Source: Pavona decussata
Lineage: Eukaryota
Length of the DNA: 64,000 bases
Assembly (NCBI GenBank): GCA_977016875.1
Contig: CDRNST010000104.1
Location: forward strand, 5,394,001-5,458,000
Direction: 5' to 3'
Shown: positions 13,811 through 25,115 of the stretch, in pieces
Layout: each line of letters starts with the position of its first letter
How positions within the stretch are numbered: position 1 is the stretch's first letter
The notes under the pieces: model-generated
The model's input: only the letters and a program-made list of their open reading frames with translations
The model's database searches: none
What the model was told of the DNA's origin: nothing
Made by a program: the position numbers and the translations under genes

Positions 13811-15340
13811 CCAAAAGCGGACTGTGTGGATGTGAAGGCGGTGATGGTGAATGGTTTACAAGTCCAGCAGGTTGTTCCTTGTTCTGATTATCTGCTGCAG
13901 AAACCCTTTCCTTGAAGAAGGCTGCAGCTTGTGTTCTTCATGCCTCGATTTGCGCATTTTTTTTTTCTTTTTTTGCTCCTCCTTCTTACTTGACTTCTCC
14001 TGTTGTTCTTTCCGCACTGGTGCTGACTTTGTCTTGTTATCTTGCGTCTTTTTTGTACTTAATTTACTTCGTTTTTTTGTCTCCTGTTCCTTTTGTTCTT
14101 GCTGTGGTTGTTTTTCCTGATACTGCTGTTAGTCTTCACCCTGTTGTTGTAGTTGCTGCTGAGGAGGCTGTTGATCTTCGTTGCTGTCACTAGTTTTCTT
14201 AGGTTCTGATCCCACCTGCACTCTTGACACGATAAAATCCATTTCGTCGCTTTCTCTCGCCATTCTGGATTTTTTTCGCTGTCTTTTACCAGATACGTTG
14301 TTTGTTTCCATTTTCTCAGCCAGCTGCATACATTGAAGATCAAGTTCGTCCTCATTGTCTGAAAGTTTAGAATAATTATGGAAATGTTGTTGGATAAAAT
14401 GTACAATCCTAGCCTGAGGGAAACATAAAACTAAATGAATGCAAATCAGATGGAATGGTTTGTTTCGTTGCCTTTTAAAAAAATGTTTTCTTCCTTTCTT
14501 TAAATAATTTTATTTTTCTTCACTTGTCATGAAATCCTTCGTAAATAAACCTTGCGTCAGAATAATAATTATGTAACAGGAGAAGAGAGTGTTAGGAAGA
14601 GAGGCCAAAGAAGTGAGCAATTTGAGAAAAGACTTTTTCCATGAACTGAAAACAGAACGGTTAGAGCAGTTTGGGTAAATGAAATAAATTGTTTGAAATA
14701 ACACTGAAAATCAATCTCGGTGTCATATTTTTAGTTAGCTGACTGCATTTATCTGTTGCGGGAGTAAAGAAAAATGCTATACATGTATGGTAATTTATAT
14801 TCACAAACAAATACGGGGTAAGAACTAGTCGCCTGTTTACTATTTTCTGCACTTCCAACCTGATCCACGTCGGTTAGTGAGTCGATATCCAAAAGATGTG
14901 TCGTGTCCTCTATTATTTTATTTCATAAAGTGACTAAAAGTTATAATTTGCATTAACACTAATGCAACGATTGCTCTCTCTATTAAGCACAACTGAAAAA
15001 TGTTTGATCTTTGTGAAACTTCAACATTTCATTTATTTGATTATTCATTGTTATAAACTTCGGATTGTTAGTCCCTAATAAGAGTTGTTCTGTGCACGGT
15101 ATTTATAACAGTTCAACAAAATTGTCGCACTGAGACAGTTGGCGAATACAACATACACCCACCTCCAAGTTTGATAACTTTGGCTGGATAAGCAGTAGTT
15201 TTAGCTGCTTTCATCCTCTTTCTTCCCTCCTCCCAATCTACCATTGTCTCTCTGCCCTCAGCAACATCTCCATGTATTTTTGAAGACGAAACCACACCGT
15301 ATTGTTGATCCTCAGTCCAAAATACCACTGCATATGCCAT
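13811..15340 (-). pseudogene. Accessory gene divergent from the EnSpm transposase (beta-rich N-terminus, K/Q-rich linker), 3'-truncated
   Basis: MAYAVVFWTEDQQYGVVSSSKI...VDWEEG...YPAKVIKLG exon, intron, then a low-complexity exon from ~14358; same N-terminal pattern as the gene at 9810. Confidence 0.6.
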
Positions 15341-15679
15341 TTTCAATCTTGACCGTGGGTCGTTGACCAAGATTTGTCTTGTTCGCGCGCAAATGTTTGA
15401 ATCAGTGACACAAAATGAAATTATCTTAATTCTTTGCGTTTATTGGATGCTGGATCACAGCAGCTATCGGGTATCACGATGAGTTAATATAATATTCTCC
15501 AGCAGCCAAATGTTTGCTATCTAAGAAAGGACACGAAAAATCACTTTGCGTTTATATTTTTTTTATTTTTGTCTATTTCTTTAGCGAAGCCATATCAGTA
15601 TGAACTAGGGGTTACCAAACAAGGATATTTCTTCATTTCGTGACTTCACTCACGGATAAGCTTGTTTTCAAGCACACAG

Positions 15680-18606
15680 ATGGCACATGATACCACAAGA
15701 ATGAACGGTATTGAGATAACAGCAGATCCATCCCATGCAAGTCTGCACGGAATGAAATAAAATCACGACAAATATATCTGTCTTCGAAAGGTCATCAGCA
15801 GCTGTTATTTTCCAGTGACTGTTTTTATTCCGAAGTTTTCCTCGGTTTTTAATAGCAAGAAATCCGCTGTACAGTCCATGTGGACCTGGAAATGAAGAAC
15901 GCATTGACACAAGCACCCCATATGAAATACCAGGTTTATTTTCTGAAATTGAGGGCATAACTTCACAGATCAATGCGCCATTTGAAGACGAGAATCAGCT
16001 CATTTCTGTTGGAACAGTGCCTGATGAGGCAGCAGAAGACACGTCAGTAGGTGAACTCACTTTTACTCCAACTACCTCGCTTGATACTGAAGAGTGTGAG
16101 GCAAGCTTTATAGACGTCTGTGACTGCATACAGTTGTTAGAGCATCCTAAACTGTTTGCCGACCCAGAGCAGAGAAGAAGGGAAGTGGAAAATGAAGTTT
16201 CAGAAATCCAAGGTGATGGAAATCTCGAAGAAGATCCAGTGCCATTGCCAGATCTCTTTGAAAATGTTACTGAAAGCTATCAAGAAATGTTCTCAGCTGC
16301 AACTGAGAGTTTATTTTTCTCTGGAAATGAAGACAAAGATGTACAGAACGGCAGCGATGAGCATAAACCACTCTATTGCAATGCCCCGCTGACCGTTGCA
16401 GAAAGTCTTCTACTGGTTGTTACCTTTGCCATTAGATACACCCTCTCTGGATGTGCTCTGAACGATTTGCTCAATCTCATAAGTCTTCATTGTATCAGCC
16501 CTAATTTATGCCGCACAACGCTCCATCAGTTCCAGCACTTTTTGCGATCAATCAAGAATCCCCTTGTATACCATTGGTATTGCTCGTATTGCTTTTTACT
16601 TGTTGATGACAGACCTATTGAGACTTGTCCGAACCCTTTGTGCTTAAAGGATCTAACCAAAACTAACTCTTGTTCTTTCTTCATTGAAATACTGATTGCC
16701 TCACAGATTCCCAATTTGTTTGCTAAAAGTGGCTTCTATGAAAATTTGAGACATCGTTTTAGAAGGACCAAAAGAAATGCTAACCACTTTGAAGACATTT
16801 ATGATGCCCCTGAAGACAAAAAACACTGCAATCCTGGGGTTTTAGATTTCCAGCAAAATATCTGGTTATTGTGGAACACAGATGGTATCCTGGTGTTTAA
16901 GTCATCAAAGTTTTCTATGTGGCCGTTGTACTTTGTTATAAACGAACTTCCTTTTAGCTGGACTATGGTTTGGAGACATTTTTGCAACCATTTCATTCCT
17001 GTCTGCGGAAACTGGAAACCGAAGGAACACCCATCAAGGTGAAAGCAAGGGATGACACCACTGAGATGGTAAGCAAAGTTATCTTACTTGTTGGAACCTG
17101 TGACCTGCCAGCGAAATGTCTTGTTTGTAATTCTGTTCAATACAATGGAAGCTACGGCTGTTTTAAATGTAAGCAGAGGGGTCAAACTGCTAAAGTTTCT
17201 GCGCAAGGACATGGCATGCATTTCCTTTTATACAAACTGATCCATACGGCCCAAAAAGAACTCATTCAGAAACACTGCAAGACGCAAAAACAGCAGTTAA
17301 AAGTGGTGAAGCTGTAGACAGTATAAAAGGCCCATCGTGGTTTACTGGACTTTCAAGTTATGATGTCATTAAGGGAACAGCTATTGACTACATGCATGGG
17401 CTTTGTCTTGGCGTAATGAAAACTCTACTGAATCTCTGGTTCGCTTCAGAGAACTCAACCAAGCCATTCAACATCTGCGAACAGGTCTCAAAAGCAGACG
17501 CAAGACTGCTTGAAATTCACCCTCCTCTAGAAATAGGAAGCCCTCCAAGGTCAATTGAGCATCACAGAAAGTACAGGAAGGCCTCTGAACTTAAGTCCTT
17601 CTTGCTTTATTATGGAATACCAGTTTTGTTCGGCATATTAGATACAAACTACTTCCAGCACTTTGCCATTCTTAGCCAAGCAGCATTTATTCTTTTACAA
17701 GACTCAATATCTGAACTGCAATTACAAAATTGCAAAAGACTTCTAGAATATTTTTGTTTCATGTTTCCTTTTCTATATGATCTCCGCTATCAAACTATTA
17801 ATGTTCATAATCTTTTGCATTTACCGCAAGCAGTGAGGGAACTAGGACCCCTTCGGACTCATTCATGTTTTCATTTTGAAGACAAAAATGGTTATATTCT
17901 TAAAATGATACATGGGACACAAAACGTTTCTTCTCAAATAGTTACTGTGTCATTCGTTCAAAATTTACCTCAAATGATAGATTCTCTGAATGAAAGTAAT
18001 TCTGCAGCTTTTAAGTTCTATCAAAGTCTCGTTGGATCACTGCAGAGCAGTCAGCAGACTCAAGTTATGTACGATACGTTCGCACTTGGGGGGGGGCGTG
18101 CTCCACGGAAGCTTACCGAAGATGAATTTAGTGCCCTTGCAGACGAGCTAAGATTTATCCCGGACTCCAAGAAAGTCCTTTCCTATACAAGAATGAAAAA
18201 AGGAAAAGAGGTTTTTCACTCAAGCGCATACAGGAAAGTAAGTGTGAGAAACAGCTATACTGTATTGTATCGATTTGGTGAAAACACAAGTTTTGGACAA
18301 ATACTTTATTTCTTTCAATACAAGGCAAGTTGTCCTGGGACAGGAAGCTGTATGTTTAACTGCACGTGCCTTGCCTTTAATTACGCAATGATTCAAGAGC
18401 GATCTCCAAGATATGATCTCAACTTAGTGACTGATAACCCATGTAAAATGCATCTGTCTCATGTAATTCCAGTCGCAAAGGGATCAAAGAGAGTAGTTCC
18501 ACTTTCCAATGTAGTGACAAAATGTGTTTTCATAAGCTATAAGGAGCCAGAATGTGATCCATTCAATTTTCTGGCGATATTCCCTAATAAATTAGAGAAG
18601 GACTAG
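15680..18606 (+). pseudogene. EnSpm/CACTA (CMC) transposase
   Basis: WNTDG.LVFKSSKFSMWP.YFVINELP, CDLPAK, YNGSYGCFKC, IDYMHGLCLGV, KASELKSFLLYYG, NVHNLLHL, HSCFHFEDKNG; frameshifts and small deletions. Confidence 0.9.
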
Positions 18607-19439
18607 AGTAATAAACGTTATGATGGAACTATGACATTATGGCAGTCTTTTTATAGTACGAAGAGCGCTAAAAAAAAAACCCACAAGCTCGCATTGCCGT
18701 GACTTTCGGACAGGTCTATCACCTGCACCTGTAGCTAAGAAACTAGATCTGTTCCCATTTTTTATTTCCCTTATAAAATGAGGTAACCGCCTTGAGATTA
18801 CATGTACACTATAAAATAATAGGCGGCTAGGGGAGGGGAGAGGGTGGGTTTACACGTCCTTGTGCCGGTCCCTCTCCTCTGAAAAAAAAAACGAAGCAAA
18901 AATGTTTTTTGTCTAATCCAAGCAGTTAAGAGCTTCTCAAGATCCTATTGCCTCTGTGACAATGCCCGGGATAATGGAAACTGTGCAAACTGTTGTGACT
19001 CAGGATCATTGCGAACAATAGGCAGATTGAGTTACGGTATTTCAGTTACATGGCAGATTTTGATAAAACAGAACTTCTCGCTGACAGCGCGTTGCTTCTT
19101 TTGGTGCTGTTTAAGCGGCAACCCTGATTTCTATTTTGGAAAAGCACGTTTTAAAGGTAAGATAAAAAGCAAACTTCAGCGTAACAGCATTTCAATCTTA
19201 CTACAGTGTACTGTAGCTTTGCTTCTCCGATTGAACATACAAATTAATTTGTATATTACAATTCTTTTCTTCGATCGACAGTCATGCAGCTGCAGTTACA
19301 TCTGAGTTACATGTATTCGTGTTGCAGACGGAAGGATTAGACCTCAAGATGACTTGACAAGCAGATTACTTAGCAGATTCCTTGCAGACTTAACAGATCA
19401 TATGCAGATCTGTTTTTGATCTGTTTCTCGGCTGCAACT

Positions 19440-19667
19440 CAAATGTTTTGCAGGCTTTGAATGTGATTTTGCATTGTATTTTCAGGCTTTGTATATTTGT
19501 ACACTGTAGTTCTAATATTCTAGTAATATATTTTTATTAGGCATTTTAAATGTAATAGTTCATGAAAATTCTTCATGTAAATTATTTTTAAGATACAGGG
19601 CCCCTACGCAGACCAGCCTTAGAGCTGAATGGGCTACCTTGTGTAAATAAAGTTTTACTTACTTACT
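19440..19667 (+). mobile_element. LINE (CR1/L2-type) 3' end
   Basis: ...gggctaccttgtgtaaataaagtt followed by a (tact)n tail; 5' boundary approximate. Confidence 0.55.
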
Positions 19668-20545
19668 AGTTGCCTTTCGAAGACTTGGGCCTGAAAAAGA
19701 TTTCAATCTCCACAGCCGAAAGTGGATTACCCAACCAGCTGGCATCTCAAGTCCTTGCCGACATCTGGAGAAGGGTGCAAATCATTCTTTTGCGTTCTAA
19801 AGTTATTCCCTTGGAAGAACGAAAATTTTGTCTTACTGAAGATGACAAGGCCTTCACCATCGAGGATAAAAAAGCCAGAATCACTTGCAGCAGTTGCTCT
19901 ACGTCGGCAGCAACTGGTGGCATCTGTCAACATTCCGTGGCCGTAGCAGAGACCAGTGGTACTCTTCGCAATCATATGGAAGAGTACAAGAAGCAACATG
20001 ATCTTGACTCCAGGCTGGCGTTCCAGAATGTTCAAAGAGGTACAGATTCGAAACAAAACCAGAAGAAACCACGTAGTGGCAGAAACAACCTACAGCAACA
20101 ACCCATAGTGGCAGAGATGGATCCAAATGCAGCGGTTGATCCATATCTCGACTATCCCAAACCCTCTCACTTTACACAGTATTACCACAATGACGAATCA
20201 TTCCAGGTTGTATTCGTAAATGACTACAAAAATGCAAAAGCCTGTGAGCAGTGCAAGGTAAACTTTCCGCAGATTCTACTAATTGCCCCGTGGGATATCT
20301 GCATCATGCATAAAGAGATGTATGCATATCTAGTCAAAGATCCTGAGAATCCTGCAAAGGTGTTAAGGTACACGCTGATATAAGTGAAGCTAAGAGAGAG
20401 CTTTTACTGCGCAGGCAACGATTGCCTTTTGCCACGCCATCCATACTTTTGGAAAGGGCGATTGAACATGGCAGATGCCTTTAAAGAACGACTGCGAAAA
20501 AGTCACAGGATTGAACTGCTTAGTAAATTGCGTCTTACGATCTAA
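19668..20545 (+). pseudogene. MULE transposase 3' part with SWIM zinc finger
   Basis: ITCSSCSTSAATGGICQHSVAV (SWIM-like) plus C-terminal CxxC...H...C; same strand as, and plausibly a continuation of, 11280-12597. Confidence 0.65.
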
Positions 20546-20561
20546 GCTAAGGCCAAACGCT

Positions 20562-20733
20562 TAGCCTACGTGGTAGGCTCCAAAAGGGGAGGGAAAGGGA
20601 AAGAAGGAGCAGGAAGAGAAAGAACAAGTGTAGAGGGCCAGGGATGCTGGGAACACTGTGTAGTGGGAGCGATTTGTGCTCCTTCTTTACCCCCCCCCCC
20701 CCCCCCACCCTTTGGAGCCTACCAGGTAGGCTA
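20562..20733. mobile_element. TAG...CTA MITE
   Basis: TIR tagcctacgtggtaggctccaaa / tttggagcctaccaggtaggcta; degenerate 9-bp flanks (6/9 match). Confidence 0.75.
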
Positions 20734-21249
20734 CTACACACTGTTTATCCTGTTCGGGTCTCTAAGGTAAAGGGGTGTAGTAACTTGCCAATCTAAAACT
20801 TCTAGCCAGGGGCAATGTAAAACTTTTGGGAAACTGAGGAGAATAAAGCATGATCAGAAGTCCCCTTTATCTTAGGCTAGGTTTCTCACAACTTTGCTGG
20901 TCCTTCATTAGCCGAAGGCCAAACTATATTATAACATTATTTTGCATGTATATTAGTTGAGGGAGTTTTTTTTATATGCCGCTCTTGGTTCTGCAATAGC
21001 TATTGCTCATTGTTATTAGACCAATATGGAGCAAATAAGGGAGATATTTACGTCCCTTTATTTCCCACATATTTCACTTTGCTTTTGTCTTTGTAGACAA
21101 CCCTCAGGTACAGACTATTTTATTTTGCGAGGGGGTTGTGCAATTTTGTTCCAATATACAACAAAATGTGTTTGTTTTTCATGTTATTTGCCGTCATTGT
21201 TTACTTACAGTATATTTTTAGCCGGAGCTGGCGTGACAGGGTTAAACAC

Positions 21250-21990
21250 AGAGTATTTCTGACCTCTTCGCTACCCACTTTTTGTTCAGAATTCATCATA
21301 ACAGCGAGGAATATTAACAAAAAGCGTTTACACATGTAATACAACAAGTTAAAATTGACTGCGATCTGACAAGAGCTGGTTTCGCAAAATACAGATCTTT
21401 TATTTCAAAACTCTACGCTTCCGGTGCGTGAAACCAAGTTTTTGTGACCTCCTGGTTTGCTGCTTTTTGTTCAGAATTCATCATTGCAATGAGGAATATT
21501 TACGAAAGGCGTTTATGCATGTAACAAAATAAGTTAAAGTTTGCTGCGATCTAAAAAGAGCTCATTTCGCAAAAATACAGATTTTTAACCAAAACTCTGC
21601 ACTTCCGCTGTCTATTCTTTGTTACAAACCTGATGTAATTTGTGAAATAGAGTTTTTCTGACCTGGCTCGCCGCTTTTTGTTCAGAATTCATCATTGATA
21701 TGAGGAATATTTACAAAAAGTGTTTAAGAATGTAATGAAGCAGGTAAAAGGTCGCTCTGATGTGACAAGAGCTGGTTTTGCAAAATACAGATCTTTAATT
21801 TGCAAAACGGGGCATTTCTGACCTCTTGGCTCGCCCCTTTTTGTTCAGAATTTATCGTTGCAATGAGGAATATTTACGAAAAGCATTTCCGCACGTAATA
21901 AAACAAGTTAAAGTTTGCTGCGATCTGAAAAGAGTGTGTTTCGCAAAATACAGATCTTTAATTTCAAAACTCTGGACTTCCGGTGTTTAT
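21250..21990. repeat. Four diverged tandem units of ~160-210 bp
   Basis: Recurring tttttgttcagaattcatcat...gaggaatattt...gcaaaatacagat; units start near 21256, 21442, 21654 and 21815. Confidence 0.85.
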
Positions 21991-22609
21991 TTTTCAATGT
22001 TGTTCACATCACAATGCGCTCCGAACAATGATCTTACTTGATATCATTATTTTCCGTTTTGTTTTGTCTCCTTTCGCAAAATACAGTAAGCCTTGTGGAT
22101 ACATTTGCTCATGGGAACAATGGTTCAAATCAGAGAACAATGTTTATGGCTTGCATGAGATATTTACAGCATGCATGTTTGTTATCTAGTCAAAAGACAC
22201 CTATTGCATTACATCTTATTTTAAATATGTTATTTCGCTGTAGCCCCCTTATGAATGTGGTTGTCTCGCCAACCACACTGGCAGGCTGGAATGTTCTTTT
22301 ATGGGAGGCAGATAAACTAATTTTACATAAACGATTTGGAAGTAACAAATATGATTTTCATGTTTAGAGTGATGACTCCAAAACTGGTGGGGAAGAACGG
22401 CACATTGTAGGTGTCCACACCTGGTGCCCAGAGAGCAATAAGCCCAGGGCTATGTCCTTTCTAACAGTTTGACAGCAAGTGGATCAGGAAAACACTGGTC
22501 AGATGTAGACCACCATGCTGTTGATGATGAATATGTCACATCAAATGTGTCAGGGTTGGTTAGGGATAATGCCTCTACCCAAAAGGGAACACCTTATGAT
22601 TAACACAGG

Positions 22610-23660
22610 GTGTTAAGGAACCACAAGGGTCCTTATTAGGTGCCCTGTTCTTGTGGTATTCGTCAGTGATTTACCTGATGCAGTTATGGCTGGTAACACA
22701 ATTGCCTTGTATGCTTATGATTGTAAAACATCTAGAGTGATAAATTGTCCATCCGACTATCAAGTGTTTCAATCAGATCTGGATAACCTGTACTCATGGA
22801 GTCAACAAAATCTAATGGACTTCAATGTGAAGAAGTGTAAACTGATGCGTATCACCAAGAAGATGCTTTCCCACTCTGACCTCCAGCTCAATAATAACAC
22901 CTTAGAGGAAACATCTGAGTTTTGTGATCTTGGCTTAATCACTACGAGTACACTGTCTTGGAATGCCCATGTGGACAAAATATCAAGTCAGGCTAAGAAG
23001 ATTCTTGACCTCATTAAAAGAACATGTAGGGGTCTAAATGACGTAACCCCCTTGAGAGCCCTGTACAGTACCTTGGTAAGGTCCCAACTAGAGTACTGCA
23101 CTGTCGTCTGGTCACCTTGCACAGCTACAAATAACGCCAAATTGGAAAGAATTCAACGAAGAGCTGCAAAGTTTATATTGAAGACGGATGTTGAGTATGA
23201 TACTAGAAGAGAAAGGCTGAACTTGTTATCCCTAAAGGATAGACGTTTTTTATTGGATGCTTTGTTCTTTTATAAAGCTCTTAATGGGTACATTAATTTG
23301 GATGTATCCCCATATGTTCAATTTTATTCAGATCCTGAGGGGTACTCTTTAAGAGGAAGGGATGATCTTATACTGAAGAAGAACTATGCAAGCACTGATG
23401 CTTTTAAGTTTAGCTTTTTTTAATAGGATTGTTGACACATGGAATGTGTTACCACTTTCTGTACGGCAAGCTTCAAGTATCTCTAACTTTAAAATGGGAG
23501 TAAGGGATTTCCTTTCTTCTAGAATTATGTAATTAATTATAGAAGATAAGATTAATTGGATATAGTTTTTATGTTTATGTTTTTAATTTGTTATATATAC
23601 TTTGTGCTTACAACCTGAGCCTGACTAAGCTAGCGCCTTAGTCAGTATAAATCAATGTAT
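22610..23660 (+). mobile_element. 5'-truncated CR1/L2-clade LINE reverse transcriptase
   Basis: ORF 22653-23423: FVSDLP, degenerate YADD (YAYD), FNVKKCK, LVRSQLEYCTVVWSP, LERIQRRA. Confidence 0.85.
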
Positions 23661-24559
23661 GTTTCATTGGGTATCACAAGTAAAGAGCCACCCCTTTCTC
23701 AGCCCTTTATTGACACCAGGTGGACATATTATTACGAGACTATTCAGTTGCATTTGAAGTATGGAAAGGCATGTCTTCAGCTTGTAGGGTGTCTCCTTTG
23801 AAGAATGCCAAAATCAGATAGCCACCACATAGTGTGGTACAATGTCATCAAGCAGAGCACTTGTCCTCCCATGATCCAAGTTAAAATTAAGTTCCTGTTT
23901 GAGTTCCTTGACAAGTTCATGTGATGAGGAACTTGGTTTCTCTGGTCGATACCTTGCACGATTATAGCCTGCAACTGTCCTCAAACATCATTGAGAGAAA
24001 TGTTAACGTGGAAAGCTTCCACCAAAGGAACATCAAAATTGGAAGAACAGAGGTCATTCAGGCAAAGCGTGATTGGAGAAGTCAGAACCGCTGGAAAGGT
24101 TCCACCTCTGATGCAACTTGCAGCTCTCAAGATATGGAATTGTCGACAAGAATTTCTAACACATGACTTACCAAGGGGATGCCAGTTGTTCACTCAAAAC
24201 CTGCCAAACACTGTCCAGCCTTCTCCTGCTTCCACTTTGGACATGAATGTTACACCATTACCTATGCATGAAGAATAGGTCATGCAAGGGGTGGCTCTAT
24301 TTGAAATTTAATTACCGTACATTGTAATAATTCCAGGAGCCATGCTATGAAAGGTAAATCTCAGCTGAAGTAAGATAACTGAGAAAAAAAGAAATCATTA
24401 TTGTATCATGGCCTAGTGTTCTCTTTTTCATTCAAAATAGAATTTTACTCAAAGACCCATTTGAGTGGGGTGAGCAAAATCAAATATGCTAGGACTTTGT
24501 TGCATTTTCACGGGTTTATCCGTGATTCAAATAAAGTATACAGTTTGTGACAAGTCTGT

Positions 24560-25115
24560 GACCTACAGGAGATTTAGATTTGACCATGCAGATGAGGATG
24601 AAGTTATGGCCACAGAAGGTCTTGCAGGTAAAATAGACTTAATATCATCTACGCTTGAAGAACTGGACACTCTTGAAAAGAAATTGGAAGAAGTATGCTC
24701 TATGATAAATAGCCTGAAAGCTTCCGTATCCAGTTTAGAGACAGATGTCACTCTGGTTATAGAGGAGCAACGAAGCTTAGACAAAACATTACAGATTTAA
24801 AAAAGAATGCTGAGTTCGTTAGCAGTCAAATTGAACAGCTAAAAAATACCTTACAGGAGGAAAAGGAAACACATGGAAATGAAATCAACGATTTTCATAA
24901 AGAGCTGTTATGCCTAGAAACTTACAATAGTAGAAAAGACATCACATGCCCGTATAAATTGAAAAGCACTGCTTTCAAAATTTATGAAGATATCCCCAAG
25001 GAACTCCACAATCTTTGTAAACTTCAAATGAAGAAATTGAAAGGGGCTAGAAAAGGAGAGAAAGCCTATTTCAGAACCAGACAAACTCTTTATTGACGGA
25101 AAATATGTCACAAAG
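24560..25115 (+). mobile_element. LINE ORF1 relic (coiled coil plus C-terminal domain)
   Basis: Coiled-coil ORF 24486-24800 and downstream frame reading IYEDIPKELHNL...PDKLFIDGKYV. Confidence 0.6.

Noticed and set aside
13851-14193. Hydrophobic plus-strand ORFs resembling membrane proteins
   Set aside because: Antisense shadows of the K/Q-rich minus-strand exon
21250-21990. CRISPR-like array
   Set aside because: Long diverged tandem units without unique spacers, eukaryotic context, no cas genes; the same applies to 33435-33620 and 59975-60400
23660-24280. Coding-like stretch with several short ORFs
   Set aside because: No recognisable motif in any frame
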